A DNA stretch of 64,000 nucleotides from Eledone cirrhosa (lineage: Eukaryota): NCBI GenBank assembly GCA_964016885.1, contig OZ024743.1:337466001-337530000 (forward strand). The letters are read 5' to 3'. The position numbers and the translations under genes are program-made. Positions 37,736 through 52,819 of this stretch are shown one piece after another. Below the pieces are notes generated by a model. That model saw only the letters and a list, made by a program, of their open reading frames with translations, did no database searches and was not told the DNA's origin. Positions within the stretch are counted from its first letter, which is position 1, and each line of letters starts with the position of its first letter.

Positions 37736-39199
37736 GCAAGTATATGATAATAATATTACGTAATTATTTATAGCTGTTATTACATTAAACATAGATGTAT
37801 TTATTTTTATATGTTACACTCTAAGAATTAACTAAGTGAAATAGCGTAAAAATAAAGGCTTCGTTGGTTTAAGCTATTTTTATAAAGGATGCCACAGAAT
37901 GTACGATATATAATGATTACAATATTTTTTAGCAACAACTCTAGTCCCACACTTTTGAAGGTTTATTATAACATTCTGTGGCACTTTTGAGCTTGCGCAT
38001 TTTTCATGTCTAGTTTAATATTTTTTTAAGGCAACGCTTGTAATAACTCTAGTTAAATAGGATATATATTAATAATAAATTATCGTTGTAATGTAATTAG
38101 ATTATGTAATTGTTATTATAAATTATCTTATAAATATTAGTGTAAGATGTATAAAAATATTTTCAGACTTTTAATATAAACAACTACAAAAAACAATCAA
38201 TATTAAATCAATATATTATACATAATAGAAAACATAAAATAAACAATACAAAAACAAAATATTTACATACAATTGCAATTATCAGTGTATATACATTTTC
38301 TTTATATTCCCTGAGCAAATTAATAAGATTTGTTTTTATTGTACATAATTGTTGGAGTGTATTAAAAGATAGCAACAATTTGTGATTAAATTGTTATCTT
38401 AAGCAAATCACTTTTTAATAGTTGTTGGCTGAGCGAAATTGTAAAATCCTATGAGCAAATATAAAAAAAAATACACAAACAACATTTCCTTGTGTTATTA
38501 CAACATTAGATAAAATAATTGAGCAATGTCGTTATATTTTGCTCTTATTGCACATTAATAGTGTTTCTATTTTTCGGCACAAATCCATTACGGCAGTCCA
38601 TTACTGGTACTTTATTTTATCGAATTAGTAAGTATGAAAGTCGAAGTTAACCTCGGCAGGATTTGAACTTAGAATGCAAAGGACCATAACAATACTGCAA
38701 AGCATGGTGTCTGACGCTCTACCAATACTTGTGTTGAGCTGGTCATTAATTTATGGTGGTCGTGCGTGGAGTAGAGCAATCGCTAGTTGAAATATTATGA
38801 ACAAAACATTTTTATTTGCCGAAGAACATATTTTCAATACTGTTTGTGAATGTGACGAAGGAAATACATTCTGATATGGAACAGTGTACAAAGTGTGTCT
38901 GTGAATAACATAATGTTACCTCATGTTGTTGTCAAGACATAATGGATTTCGTATATCCAGTTAGAAGATGAAACCTAGCCATCTCGGATTAGTTATATTT
39001 CATGCCATGTGTAAACGTGTTTGAGGATAGCAAAATATGCGTGTTTCTTGTCTGGAAACTTTCTGCTAAACTGATTGGTTTCGTTTTTGGCACTATACAA
39101 TACTCATCCAACAGATAGCTGTATTGGATCCTTGATTTGGTTAATATTTAGGTGAGGGTGCTTGATGCAGAGTTAGTGCAAAATGGATCAATGAGTGTA

Positions 39200-39845
39200 A
39201 TAATAATAATGATAATAATAATGAAAATATTGTGTACAATGCTGAGGTGCACTACAACTCATCAAAAGTGCATATATAATACATAGGGTAATATAAAAAC
39301 GTCATGAAAAAAGAACAGTGCATGAGTCATGATATACACATATGTGCATGTGTATGGAAGGGGGACATCAGGTGTAGTTTTGGTGTATTTCGGAATGTAT
39401 GATGGTTTTAAAGGATGCAGTTTGTCATCAGCTAACAACTGATGCAGGAAGTTTGTTCCATCCTTCAGCAACTCTGAGCATGAAGAAATATTTCCTAAAG
39501 TCATGGGAGCTGTGTTGTTTTCTGACTTTGTAGGCATGTCCACGTGTTAGACACATGGAGATCAAAAAGGTGTTCGGGGTTGTTGTTGGTCGGATGGTTA
39601 ATAACTTTGTGGGTGTTTACCAAGTCCATTGCCAGAGGGAAGCAAAATATTCAGGGTATGGTAGGTGTCTGATGGAGGGTATGCGCTTGGTCTCTGAACA
39701 GTTTCCAGGAGGTCAATGTTCTGAGCAAGATAGAGGTTCCAGACTGATGACGCGAACTCCAAGTGTATTCGTACCATAGATGTATACAGCTTTAAATAGA
39801 TGGCTGGAGAGCAGCTAATGAAGGTCTTGCTGATTGATGCCAAGT
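39200..39845 (-). mobile_element. 3' fragment of a CR1-like LINE
   Basis: LYTSMVRIHLEFASSVWN..IDLLETVQR; (ATT)n tail. Confidence 0.8.
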
Positions 39846-40055
39846 CAATCTTAATAAATTGACTGATTTATCTGTTCACTACTGCTAATCCACCGCTGTT
39901 TGTACAATTTTTTAGATAATGTCAATTTGAGCTTGAATCATTGGCGTAATGAAATTTGAAAAGATTATAAGCAAATCTTTTTTAAAATACACAGACAACA
40001 TTTAACTGTATCGTTGCAACATTAGATCTAATAATGGAGCAACATTTGTGCAGAA

Positions 40056-40520
40056 TTATTGTTTGTGCAATAAGATATTTGCAGATCTGTACTTGGTCTG
40101 CTCTTTAGCCAACTCGGTACGTTTAGAAGCTCTACGCTCGGCTTGCTTTTGAGATATAATAGCTGAATTTGCAGATCTATACTTGGCCTGCTTGTTTGCC
40201 AACTCATACCGTTTTGAACATCTATACTTGGCCTGTTTTTGTGTTAATTTAGCAAAATTCACAGCTCTATAATCGGCCTGTTTTTGTCTCAACTTCTCCC
40301 GATTCCGCATCCGGTAAGCTGTTTTCACATCCGATTTAATACGCCCATCTAGATTATTAGCACAGGAATGTGAACAAGCTTGTGGGACCGCATCATTGTA
40401 AGTATATGAACTGCCTGCAACATCAAGACCCAATTCACAAGTGCAGCGTTGCTCATTCACATCGGCAGTGGGGACACCAAAATCAGTGACAGGTCTCGAT
40501 TCACTCGCGAGATACATCAC
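40056..40520 (-). other. ORF fragment with 15-aa basic repeats (KQAxYRx), possibly a Helitron N-terminal remnant
   Basis: 45-bp periodic repeats: QKQADYR, QKQAKYR, NKQAKYR, QKQAERR, KEQTKYR. Confidence 0.4.
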
Positions 40521-40548
40521 AGCTACACTATATATTTAAACATATATA

Positions 40549-40610
40549 CAGTGATACCTCGCTACTTGGCGGTTCAACTATCGCGGATTCACGATTTCGC
40601 GCATTTTTAG
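40549..40610 (+). mobile_element. Tigger/pogo-like terminal fragment
   Basis: TA|CAGTGATACCTCGCTACTT start; no partner TIR seen. Confidence 0.35.
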
Positions 40611-40795
40611 AATATATATATGAACACCTAAAATTTTTCATTAAATCCATTAAAATATTAATAATAAACACAGTTCTAATCATACGCTATATATATATAT
40701 ATAAATATAAGTAATTAATACCGTATAAATGGTACAAAGACTGTTTATGTAAAATGTATTTCTCAACAGAGTATTGAATACTTAGGAGAAATTCA

Positions 40796-41005
40796 AAACG
40801 AAGAGTGATAAAATTTCAAGCAAAGAGTTTAATTAGGTAATGACTTACAAATTTGTTTCAGTATATAGACAAAGCCTGAAGCGCTAATTATAATAATTAG
40901 TTAATAATATTACAAAATATATTAATATTATATTAAATATATACTGAAACAAATTTGTAAGTCATTACCTAATTAAACTCTTTGCTTGAAATGTTATCAT
41001 TCTTC

Positions 41006-41009
<4 letters not shown>
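40796..41009. repeat. Fold-back containing the 3' half of an HHR
   Basis: 40796-40866 is inverted to 40940-41009; GAAA caaatttg TA. Confidence 0.65.
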
Positions 41010-41090
<81 letters not shown>

Positions 41091-42409
41091 TCTAGTCCTT
41101 CGCTCAAGATTAATCTATAAGTTTAGATGTCTGCCTTCGTTTAAGTAAATATTACAGTAAGATTTTTAATATAAACAACTACAAAAAAACAATTAATATT
41201 AAAACGAAAAAATTATCAATGATAAAAGAAGCGGATGCAACTTTTTTTTTTATAAAGTTATATTCCTGTTTCTTTAAAGAACATTTCATTTTTGTTCTAT
41301 TGTAGGCGAAATAATGCAATGGTTTAATAGGGAAGATATAACTTACCAATTATGTCTCTAACCGTGTAACGCTTTTTAAGTAGATAACTACAATTGAAAA
41401 TACTAAAGAAATGGAACCAACAATTCAATTTGAAAGTCGTCTACTTATAGTGACAGTGTATTACTGGTACTTTATTTTATCGATCCCGTAAAGATGAAAG
41501 GCAAATGCTTAAAATTTAAATTGCCTTAATTCTATCGTCTGCTGTTTCATTAAAGGGAGATTCTCGTCTGTATTTAATTATATCGTCTACTGTTCCACTA
41601 AACAGATATACCTCCACTATCGTCTCTATTTATACATTTTAACTTATAACTTATACACATTTGATTTGAAATATTTTATCTAGTCCCCCCTCTCAATATT
41701 ATGATGATTTCTTTCGAATGAAACAGTTCTAGTCCTGTAGAAGCCATTTATATATATAATTGAACTGAGTTAAAAATTCACAATATTTATAATTAAATAA
41801 GCTCATATATATATGTGTGTATTTATCTGTTTATTGTATTATATATAATGTGTGTATATACAGGATGTCCCCCCAAAATATATACACACTTCAACAGCAT
41901 TCTAATAACTATTGCCTGTACAGATAATCAAAGTGTCAATCGAATGTTAGTTTCGTGTTTTAACAGTATAAATTTACAATACACACATAAAACCAGTGTA
42001 TATACATACATGAGTGTGTATACACATACATGAATGTGTATATACAATATATATGTATATAGACATATATTCACGGTGCAACGGAACATTAAAATATAGA
42101 TGCGGGAGGGGGGGGGGTGTATATATAGGGGCGCTGGGGATAAGGGAGTGTAAAGCGTGTGTAATTGATATATTGAAGGAGAGGAGCGTGCAGCGATAGA
42201 GTAACAAATATATAGAGAGGGGGAGAGATGGTATTGAAGGGGAGGAGTGCAAAGCGAAAGAGTAAGAGAGATATATATAGAGACGGAACAGATAGAGAGA
42301 AACAGGCGTAAGTAACAGTGGAAGAGATATATAGAGAGGGGGAAATGTGTTATTGAAGGGGAGGAGTGTAAAGCGAAAGCGTAAGATATATATAGAGAGA
42401 GGGGGAATA

Positions 42410-42473
<64 letters not shown>

Positions 42474-42643
42474 ACACTTACTCTGATTGGTTGAAAATTA
42501 GCCAATGACATACGATCACCACCACCACGGCTATCCCGGGAAAATTTATGAAGAAGTTAGGCATATATGTTAGAACACGATAGAACACGAAAAGTAAACA
42601 TTCTGTTGTTTCACACTTTTCGTGTTCTAACAGATACACAAAT

Positions 42644-42716
<73 letters not shown>

Positions 42717-42758
42717 CATACGGATTGGACACTACCGTAAACTCTTGGTAGATTTATC

Positions 42759-42808
<50 letters not shown>

Positions 42809-44016
42809 AAAGAATAGAGGTGTAACACACGAGTTGTGATATATTGGTAAAAGGAAAAGAAAATGCTGACAAATTGTTCCCAGTGAAAAATAATTTAATT
42901 AGGAATAAGTAAAAATTAGTAATAAGTATTGGTTAGTATTCAGTTTTAGTTTTAAGTTTTTACCGGTTGCGCATTTCTAATGCTTTTCAAAAATAATTTT
43001 GAGATAGAGCGCCCGTGATGTTTTCTCTAATCTGATTAGTTTTGGAAATTCTACCTGTTTTATGTGAAAAAAGTGGCTCCAGAGAGGTATTAAAATAAGT
43101 TTCGCGCCAATTCGTGTTGCAAAAATTCTTGTGGTCAAAACAATTTTGATTGGTCGGTAGAGGTCACGTGAATGTTAAAAATTGATTTTGCGCCAAATGT
43201 AGGTTTGTCGAAGAGCGTCCTTTTTCGCCTGATTGAGAAGTCACTGAAAAATAAGTCTTTTAAGACAAATATGTGTGTGTGTGTATGTGTGTGTGTGTGT
43301 GTGTGTGTGTAGCAGAGTAATTCGTGGTAGAGGGATCGGCCAGTAGGAATGTGTCTGTACGTGTGTGGGGGATATTTTAACATGTTGAAAGATATATTTC
43401 AGCTCTTGTCTTATACGGAGAAGTGTGTGTGTGCGTTTGTGGTTGTGTATATGTCTCTGTGTATGTTAGTGTACGCGTGTGTATGTGTGTGTATATATGT
43501 GTGTGTGTGTGTGTATAAGTGTGTATGTGTGGGTGGCCCAGTATTTTTGTGATACTGGTAAAAATGGTGTACATTATTCGATATTTTCAGCAAAAACGAT
43601 TCTCTCAAGAGAACATCAAAAACCTTAATAATAAAAGGTGTGAAATGATATATAGTATTGTCATAACACCAAGGTGTGTGCGAGTGTCCAGATTGTACGT
43701 ACTGCAAGGGGAATCCATTAGGCCCTGCCGTATTGGAATACTTGTGAACAAATATGTATGTGCCCATCAGTGTGCAATGCATGTGTGCGTATATGTATGT
43801 GTGTGTGTCGGCACGTTTATATCTATAGACATCAGAAGGTATGCAAATTTGTGTATATTTGTGTTGCACCATAGAACATGTGTGTTTACGTATATCATTG
43901 TGTTTATATGTGTATTGAGATGTATGTAGGATGTATGCTGATGTAGGTATGTATGTTGACGTGTGTATGTTGTGGGTTCGTCTTAGGGAGAAGTGTTTAA
44001 ACGGAGTCCGTATTTG

Positions 44017-44053
<37 letters not shown>

Positions 44054-44105
44054 CAAGGTTTAGCAAATAAGAAAAAGTTTAAAGTTCACTGTACCTGTTG
44101 TAATT

Positions 44106-44190
44106 ACCCTTACCGTACGCTTTCAAGTCTCAAAATAAATGGATAATCCATACGGAAATCCATTGAAAAGGAAGACTTTCGTCAGAGGGT
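44106..44190 (-). ncRNA. Type I hammerhead with extended stem II
   Basis: accct CTGACGA aagtctt...gagactt GAAA gcgtacgg TA agggt. Confidence 0.75.
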
Positions 44191-44306
44191 TCTTTTCGCT
44201 CGGAGAATATAAAATTCCCGAGTTCAAATCACGAACTGGCGCCATTCAAAATTGTTCCCGAGATGAGAGTGTATGATGAAGAAGCAATTCTGTCTAGTGC
44301 CGTGTG

Positions 44307-44382
<76 letters not shown>

Positions 44383-44441
44383 TACAAACACACACACATA
44401 CATATATACCCACACATATATACATATACACACATACATAC

Positions 44442-44474
<33 letters not shown>

Positions 44475-44519
44475 CACATACATACACATACATATACATA
44501 CATATATATATATATATAT

Positions 44520-44552
<33 letters not shown>

Positions 44553-44759
44553 TATATATACACATACATATATATAAATATACACACATACATATACATA
44601 TATATATATATACACACATATATACACACACAGACATACACAAAACCATATATACATACAAATAAATATAAATATACTCAGAGAGGACAAGTAATCGCAC
44701 CTACACACAACGATATGCATACAAACAAACGGCCACTCATACAAATACATACAAATAAG

Positions 44760-47690
44760 TACTCATAAATATACGCATATACGCAGGCACATAAAAACAG
44801 CTCTACAAGCATAAAATGCAGATAGGTAAGAGGTACTCACATAACTATAGTGGCCGTATTTCAGGTTGAGGAGGGGTGGTGTTGGGGTGGAAAGGAGGTA
44901 GAGAGGCTAAAAGGGGGAAGTCGTTTTTAGCCATCGGGCATTAACACTGGCTTAAGGTATTTGAAAGTTGGAAAGTTCCTGTGCATGCAGTTCGGGCAAT
45001 GTTCAGAGAGTTTGTTCAGTAGAGGGCCCTTGGCGAATAAAATGTCGTAGCTCTCTGAGATACAAAGGTCGCAGCCTTTGTGTCCTCTGTTGTAAGAGCG
45101 CGCTTTCTGGAGTATTTTCCATTTAAGCGTGAAGGGGGTGGAGTTCCTTTTAAGGTCCCAAACATAGGAGGCGAGTGTTGTCTAGTTTGATTTGTCCGGT
45201 CTTCTGAAGGAGTGGGTATGGGCATACCAATGGGTCTTAAAGTTATTGGAAGTCATGCCGATGTAAGTCTTTTTGTTGTTGCAATCATCGGTGCCTGAGA
45301 TGACATCGCATTTGTATACGATATCATTTGTCAGGCATTTGTTTTCAAGTGGGCAGGCTTCCTTATTTAGGCAATTACACAAGGCCCCAGTCCGGGGATT
45401 GGGTTCAGAGGTGGTTGGCTTATTTAATTTTTTAGAATTGTGATTGGCTATAATCCTAGCTAGGTTAGGTGTGGTGGAGTAGGAGAGTCTTATTGTGTTC
45501 TTATTAAAGATAGTGTAGTAACTATGTTGTATGGGGAAGTGTGTTTTCAGCAAAGTGAAGAAAATCCTAGCTATAGGTGTAGAGACCTCTCTGTTGAAGA
45601 GAGGGTTGTACCAGCTAATCTGCCTATGCCTATTCCTCCTCTGCAATCTTGCGGTGGTTTCTAGGTAGGTTATCTTTTCTTTAAATTCGCTGCGGGAGAG
45701 GGCGTCATTGTAGTAGGAGGCAGAGGCGTTAAAAATATCTTCATTGGCAGAGAGGCCAGAGATTCTAATAGAGACGCTTTTTACTAAGTTATCAGTGATG
45801 TTTTTGGGGTGGTTAGAATTAACATTAATATATCTAAGGGACTCGTTAGGTTTGTGGTACGGGTAATAGAGGGAAGTATCTAGGTCGAGAGTGACATCTG
45901 AAAAGTTAGCCCTAGTCATATTAGATTCTATAATTATACTAAATCCTAGATTAGAGAAGAACGAGCTTAAGTTTCTCCGAAACCCATCGGTGGTTCTGGG
46001 GTTAAACTTTTGCAGGGCGAAGAGGCCGTCGTCTCGGTATAAACCTCCGGTTAGGCCAGTAAAGAGGTTCTTCAGGTGATGTAAAATGTACAAGCCCACA
46101 AGGTCGCTAATTTCAGCCGAGTCACTCGCTCCCATGCTGACGTCAAATGGGGTCTGAGACTTCTTGTTGATCCAGTAAAATCCATCGTGGTATAGAAAGG
46201 TCTTAAGAGCGTGGAGGATAACAACTTGCTCTGCATCGGTAATAGTGGTAAAATTCCTGGCAAAGGTAATTGCGTCCTTCAGGAGGGGCTCCGAGATAGA
46301 AGCATAGTAGTTTTCTATGTCGAGTTGCAGGAAGCGAGTGTGGCGTTTGTCGGGTAAATCTTGGAACCAGGATATTGCCTCAGATATTCTGCTCCAGAGT
46401 GGGAGTGGTGAGGCAACCCGCAATTATGGTAGAACTCTATCTAGGATCTTCTTACTGATAGAGCCGATGTCTGAACGAGTGGGGTTGATAAGTCTGACTG
46501 ATGGTTTGTTGAGGAAGTTTCCCTCATGGTCCTTCAGGGTAAAGTTCGGTGTCTTTACTCTTAAAGGTTCGGTTCGGTCATGTAATTTAAGGGACCTGGC
46601 GATTTCTTTTCCGGCCGCGTTTGTCTCAGTCAATGCCATCTCTATTACCTTTTTGTAGGTGGTCGTGATGGCATTTTTTGCCAGCTTATGGTAGGTCAGT
46701 GGGTCTACCTCATAAACGTTTTTGGTTTTATCGGAGGAGACATGAAAATTAGGGGATTTTTTTATATTCCGCAATTCAGTATTTAAGTAGGCCAGGAATG
46801 GTGTGGTGGCTTTACGGAATTTGATATCTTTGATCATCTTGAAGAGGTCTTCTTCAAATAGTTCAAGAGGGTGTTGGTGGGTGGTGCCTTATTCGTTTTG
46901 AAGCCGAACTTCTCATCATTGGTAGACGTTACATCAGGGTTGTCGAGGAAGAAGGCTCTCCATCTAATACGGTTGATGAACTCGTTGGTACGTCTGATGA
47001 GTGTTTTTAAGTAAAGTTTCCTTGGAGGGATGGGGATGTTCTTCATGGAGACATCAAGGTGGAGTTTGGTCAGCATAGTATCTTGGTGATGGTTATAAGG
47101 AGCACAGAGGGTGCTAAAAGGTACGTTATTCCGGGTTGAATCGGAGGTAACCACAGTAAGTAAGGTACTCAATACATAGCAGAGTATAAAAGTTTTAATA
47201 TAGATGAGATTCTACAGGACTAGAACTGTTTCATTCTTTAGAAATCATCCGGAATCTGGGTATCCAAAAATAAAAGTGGTATATATAGGTCTTTTCAGGT
47301 GGTAGGAGAGGGTGGGGAGGGGAGGGGTAGAGGTCATTGGTTGATAGAAAAGGGAATTCATTAAAAGCTAATTCTTTAAAGCTATAATTTATATTTAGAG
47401 TGACAAAGGCAGAAAGAATTCTATAAACAAGTTCAGATTGGGGTGCCACTCCTTATTTTTAAGTTTCTCTTAAGCTAACAATGCCTATATTTCAGGTGTC
47501 AATAAGATCGTTGGGGGTCGGTCATGGTTGAAGGATTTAAAGAAAAGGGAAATTCTTTAAAAGCTAATTCTTTAAAGTTCTACTTAGAGTGACAAAGGCC
47601 AAAAGAATTCTATAGACCAGTTCAAAATATTGGGTGCCTATCATATCATTATCTTCAAATTTCTCTTAAGCTATGTTCCATGTGTCAATA
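44760..47690 (-). mobile_element. Naiad-type PLE with disrupted ORF (~47075 to 44950) and upstream pLTR
   Basis: SMKNIPIP, FINRIRWRAFF, SDKTKNVY, FLQLDIENYYASI, GLYRDDGL, SNHP, CNC..CPL..C, YIGMT. Confidence 0.92.
47207..47257 (-). ncRNA. Type I hammerhead, variant core CGGAUGA
   Basis: agattc CGGATGA tttc taaa gaat GAAA cag ttctagtc ctg TA gaatct. Confidence 0.65.
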
Positions 47691-47980
47691 GACACATTCA
47701 CAAACACACACACACACGCACCCACACACACACACATATACACACATATATATATATATATACATATATATATACACATATACTATATATACATATATAT
47801 ATACACATATATATATATATATATATACATATATATATACACACATACATATATATACATATATATACATATATACATACATATATACATACATATACAC
47901 ATATACATATACATACATACACACATATATACACACATATATATACATATATATACATACACATGCATACATACATATAT

Positions 47981-48011
<31 letters not shown>

Positions 48012-48274
48012 CACATATATACATATACATATATATATATCCATATACACATATACACATATATATATACACATATACACACATATATATATATATATAC
48101 ATATATATATACATATATATACACATATACATATATACATACATATATATACACATATACATATATACATATATACACACATACACACATATATACACAT
48201 ATATATACATATATATATATATATACATACACACACATACACACATATATATGTATATATATACACATATACAT

Positions 48275-48360
<86 letters not shown>

Positions 48361-48364
<4 letters not shown>

Positions 48365-48716
48365 TGTTATACTTGGGGAGGGTCATATTTGTGTAATATT
48401 GCCAGAATTAATAACAGAACACACTCACTGTTTGGTTGGTTTTCGCTTTTCGCTTCGGTGTCTTTTATATCGGTAATCAAATTTATGCGGTCCTCAATGT
48501 TGCCATTGACTGACCAACGGTCAAAAATAATACAGATACAATATAATATATTTTTGACCGTTGGTCAGTCAATGGCAACATTGAGGACCGCATACATTTG
48601 ATTACCGATATAAAAGACACAGAAGCGAAAAGCGAAAACCAACCAAACAGTGAGTGTGTTCTGTTATTAATTCTGGCAATATTACACAAATATGACCCTC
48701 CCCAAGTATAACAATA
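48361..48716. repeat. ~355-bp near-perfect palindrome related to the 17297/60311 repeat end
   Basis: 48361-48528 is the reverse complement of 48550-48716; starts tattgttatactt.gggagggtcat. Confidence 0.85.
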
Positions 48717-48771
48717 TTTGTTTCGACACACGATTTCATATAAAAAACCTCGCAAAACTAATTCATCGCCG

Positions 48772-48898
<127 letters not shown>

Positions 48899-49176
48899 TA
48901 TCGTAAAACATGTCTATAGAAACACCAGATAAAATATAAACCGTTTCCTCTCCCAATTACCATAATTAACCATATAAAAAATCAATTAGACCAAGCTATA
49001 AGAATAAAGGCTCCTATGAAGAAATCTCCGACAAATAACCGAAAGCAGCCCTTCGCAGCGGTTGCGACGGAGTATTTATCGAGTATTTCGACAGCGTGTA
49101 TAAATCGACCAGAAATACAGTCAACTAAACAGAATTAGGTGTAAAATAAACTAGAAGAAAAGTGCACATATTTAGT

Positions 49177-49256
49177 TACCTCTACCATGGTTTCGTCCGC
49201 ATTTTAAGATATCCGATAGCATTGGAAATCTAGAGCTTCGGATTCTTCAGGAGTTA
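49177..49256 (-). ncRNA. Type I hammerhead with extended stem II
   Basis: taactc CTGAAGA a tccg...cgga c GAAA ccatgg TA gaggta. Confidence 0.7.
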
Positions 49257-49551
49257 GCTCAAATTTAGACAATTAATTTTTCAAAGTGATCGCGCCAAGA
49301 ATACATTAAAAAATGGCTAAGAATCGTGACGTGGCAGCGGTCAAGTTAGAAATGATGTGATTAGTTGCTTACGGCTGCTAGGCTTTTTGCTAGAAAGCGC
49401 AGCCCAATACAGCCAAAATTGTATCTCAACCTAACGGGAGATTATTACATATAAAGGTTTACATATATATATAAAGTCATAGATATATATATGTTTTGCA
49501 ACGGGTCACTTTGTGGCTCAATGAAGAATTAATAAATTAAATAATCAGAGC

Positions 49552-49636
<85 letters not shown>

Positions 49637-49638
49637 AC

Positions 49639-49742
<104 letters not shown>

Positions 49743-49785
49743 GTATTCAGAGCACCTATAGTAATATATATATAATACTATATAA

Positions 49786-49829
<44 letters not shown>

Positions 49830-49832
<3 letters not shown>

Positions 49833-51433
49833 CCATTAAATTTTAAATAGATCAACGGTTAAATTCTCCTACTCAACAACCAAAAATATACAACAAAATA
49901 TAAGTGCCTATAATGCATATAAATGTAAAAAACCATGAATATACCACCAATACAACAAACTAACCATAATACTAACATAAACCACAGCAAACCACCATCT
50001 CATTCACATACAACAAGTCGTGAAAATTCCACACCTAATTTGACTATCTCCTCTGATACAGCATTCACGAAAGGTTGTAACTGTAGAAACAAAGCAAATT
50101 GCCCATTAAAGGAAATTGCCTTATTAATAACATAGTATATAAATGTAAAATTAACACTAGGGATTCAACTTATTCATATATAGGAGCTACTTCTAACCAA
50201 TTTAAAGTAAGATTTAATACCTACAAACACAGTTTTAAAAATGCCGCATTAGCTAATACAACATCTTTAGCTGAAATAATTAATAATTATAGAAAAAGGA
50301 ATATAGATTATGACCTGACCTGGAGTGTGCTCAAAAGGGCCACCCCTTATCAAAATAATAGATATGAATGTAGATTATGTTCCCAGGAACTTTTTGAAAT
50401 AATGAAATCTAAGGATATCCTATTAAATAAACGACAGGAATTAATTATATCATGTAATCATAAATTGAGAAGAACTTTTAAATATTATAAACCTAATTAA
50501 TATACACTTTAGAAATTATTATAATAACATTTTTTTTTTTTTTAAATTAGTTAACCTATAATTAATAGTCTACTACTAATGAACTGCATAATTTTATTTT
50601 CCTTTTACAGGTATCTTTTCCTAAAATGTATACCAATAAGTATACATATAAACTATTTTAATTTCAGGTTATAATTCTATATTCCTTGTAATCTATATAA
50701 ATTTGTTATTTCTCACTAATACATTTACCCCCCCCCCCCAATAATAATAATTATTATTTTTTTATTTTCCCTTCGTTTTTAACAGTACTCTTCAATTACA
50801 TCTAACTCTTATTTATCATATCTATATGAATTAATATAAATTTATCAATATAAATATACCTATCAATTTAATTAATTTATTTTCTTTTTATAGATGTAAA
50901 TTCCCTATATTTTAAATAAGATTGATATTTTTCACTAACACATTTATCGTAAAATTTTATTCTCCTTAGATATTTACATTAGCATTATTCTTTTATAACA
51001 TCAATTTTTCGTGTACCTTTTACCGACTTGACCTATTTTCATCCCTAAAATAATCTTTTCATTCATCATACTCTTTCCATTCAAAACTGAAATCTGCTTT
51101 CCTCTACCCCTAAATTAAAGTTCTATTACTACTATTCTACCATCTTGACCACTTACTACCTTTCTACTGGTCAATTCAAAACCTGTTCCCAAACAGACCT
51201 ATTATATTAAATCTTTGTTGGTTTTTTTCAATAAACAAATATCATTATTTCTGAAGACAGCATATATATGTGTAGGTATGTATATTCCCTCTGATAGTTT
51301 GTAAAAATTTTATATAGATCTATATGATATACATACCAACACAAATATATATATCCTAGAAACGATCGTAAAATGATGAATTTTTTAATATAAGGAACTG
51401 TTTCGTTGTTTTTATTCATTATTTTTATTAATT

Positions 51434-51435
<2 letters not shown>
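49830..51435 (+). mobile_element. 5'-truncated copy of the AT-rich Naiad family
   Basis: Highly similar to 21858-23445, including the GIY-YIG ORF 50099-50500. Confidence 0.9.
51242..51379 (+). ncRNA. Type I hammerhead with ~100-nt stem II (second copy)
   Basis: Near-identical to 23252-23389. Confidence 0.7.
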
Positions 51436-51500
<65 letters not shown>

Positions 51501-51628
51501 GTTATTCCGGGTTGAATCGGAGGTAACCACAGTAAGTAAGGTACTCAATACATAGCAGAGTATAACAGTTTTAATATAGATGTTCTAGTCCTGTAGAATC
51601 TCATCTATATTAAAACTGTTATACTCTG

Positions 51629-51704
<76 letters not shown>

Positions 51705-52006
51705 TTACTATAAAATAATATAAGGTTCTCTTATAATCTTAACTTTTTTATCATATTAACTTTTATACCATATAATCCTTAGAGGTATCTAAATTACAAA
51801 TAAATCAATAAATTTTCCATCACGCTATATTGCTATTACTAAGAAGAGATTTTTCTCCGGTAAAATCTCTGAACATTTCTATATTTTAAACATATATTTT
51901 GCTATTTCTTATAAGTTTTATTGTTAATTGAAAAATTTAATAGTTAATTGTTGGTTGATGATTAATAATAAATTTATGTAAGGTTATGTAATAATAACAT
52001 ATATTT

Positions 52007-52078
<72 letters not shown>

Positions 52079-52675
52079 TCTTTTAATTATATATTCTTTT
52101 AATAATATATAGATCTCAATTTTTAATTTTTAATTTTTAATTTATAGATCTCAATAATTTAATCAAATTTAAACATTAGATAAATTTTAAACATTAGATA
52201 AAATTCTCCGGTTATTACTATTTATTTATTTATTTATCCACGCTTTATTTACTTCGCGTAATTCATCCAATATATATTTATCTTTTCGCTTCATCATCTC
52301 ATAAAATTACGTTAATACAACACTCTCTCACTTGGGGTTTCTCTCTTTCTCTTTCTTTTCTTTTGTTTTTCTTTCGTTCTTTCTTTTTACTTTTCTTTTT
52401 TCCCTATTCCAACGGCTTAATTTAAATGTATAGGATTTAAACCTTTCCGACACTAATTTGCATAATAGACCAATAATAAAATTAGTAACCCCACTATCCG
52501 GGAGCTTCCAACCGACATGGTTGCATTCTTTAAGGGTATGTCAATATTTGTTTATAAAACCGATCTATATTATATTTTATTTGATGAAAGCGCACCATAA
52601 TTTGCTTTGGTGTCCTTGAAATATGTATAATGAAATAAATATGGTTTTATAAATATAGTTTCCATTTGTTAATAT

Positions 52676-52743
<68 letters not shown>

Positions 52744-52783
52744 AAGAAAGAGAGAGAATGAGAGAGAGATACAAATATAGTAA

Positions 52784-52818
<35 letters not shown>

Positions 52819-52819
52819 A

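Larger units (their letters stand above)
36921..38014. repeat. ~213-bp inverted repeat pair (36921-37133 / 37802-38014)
   Basis: actagacatgaaaaatgcgc...catataaaaata appears as its reverse complement at the right end. Confidence 0.85.
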
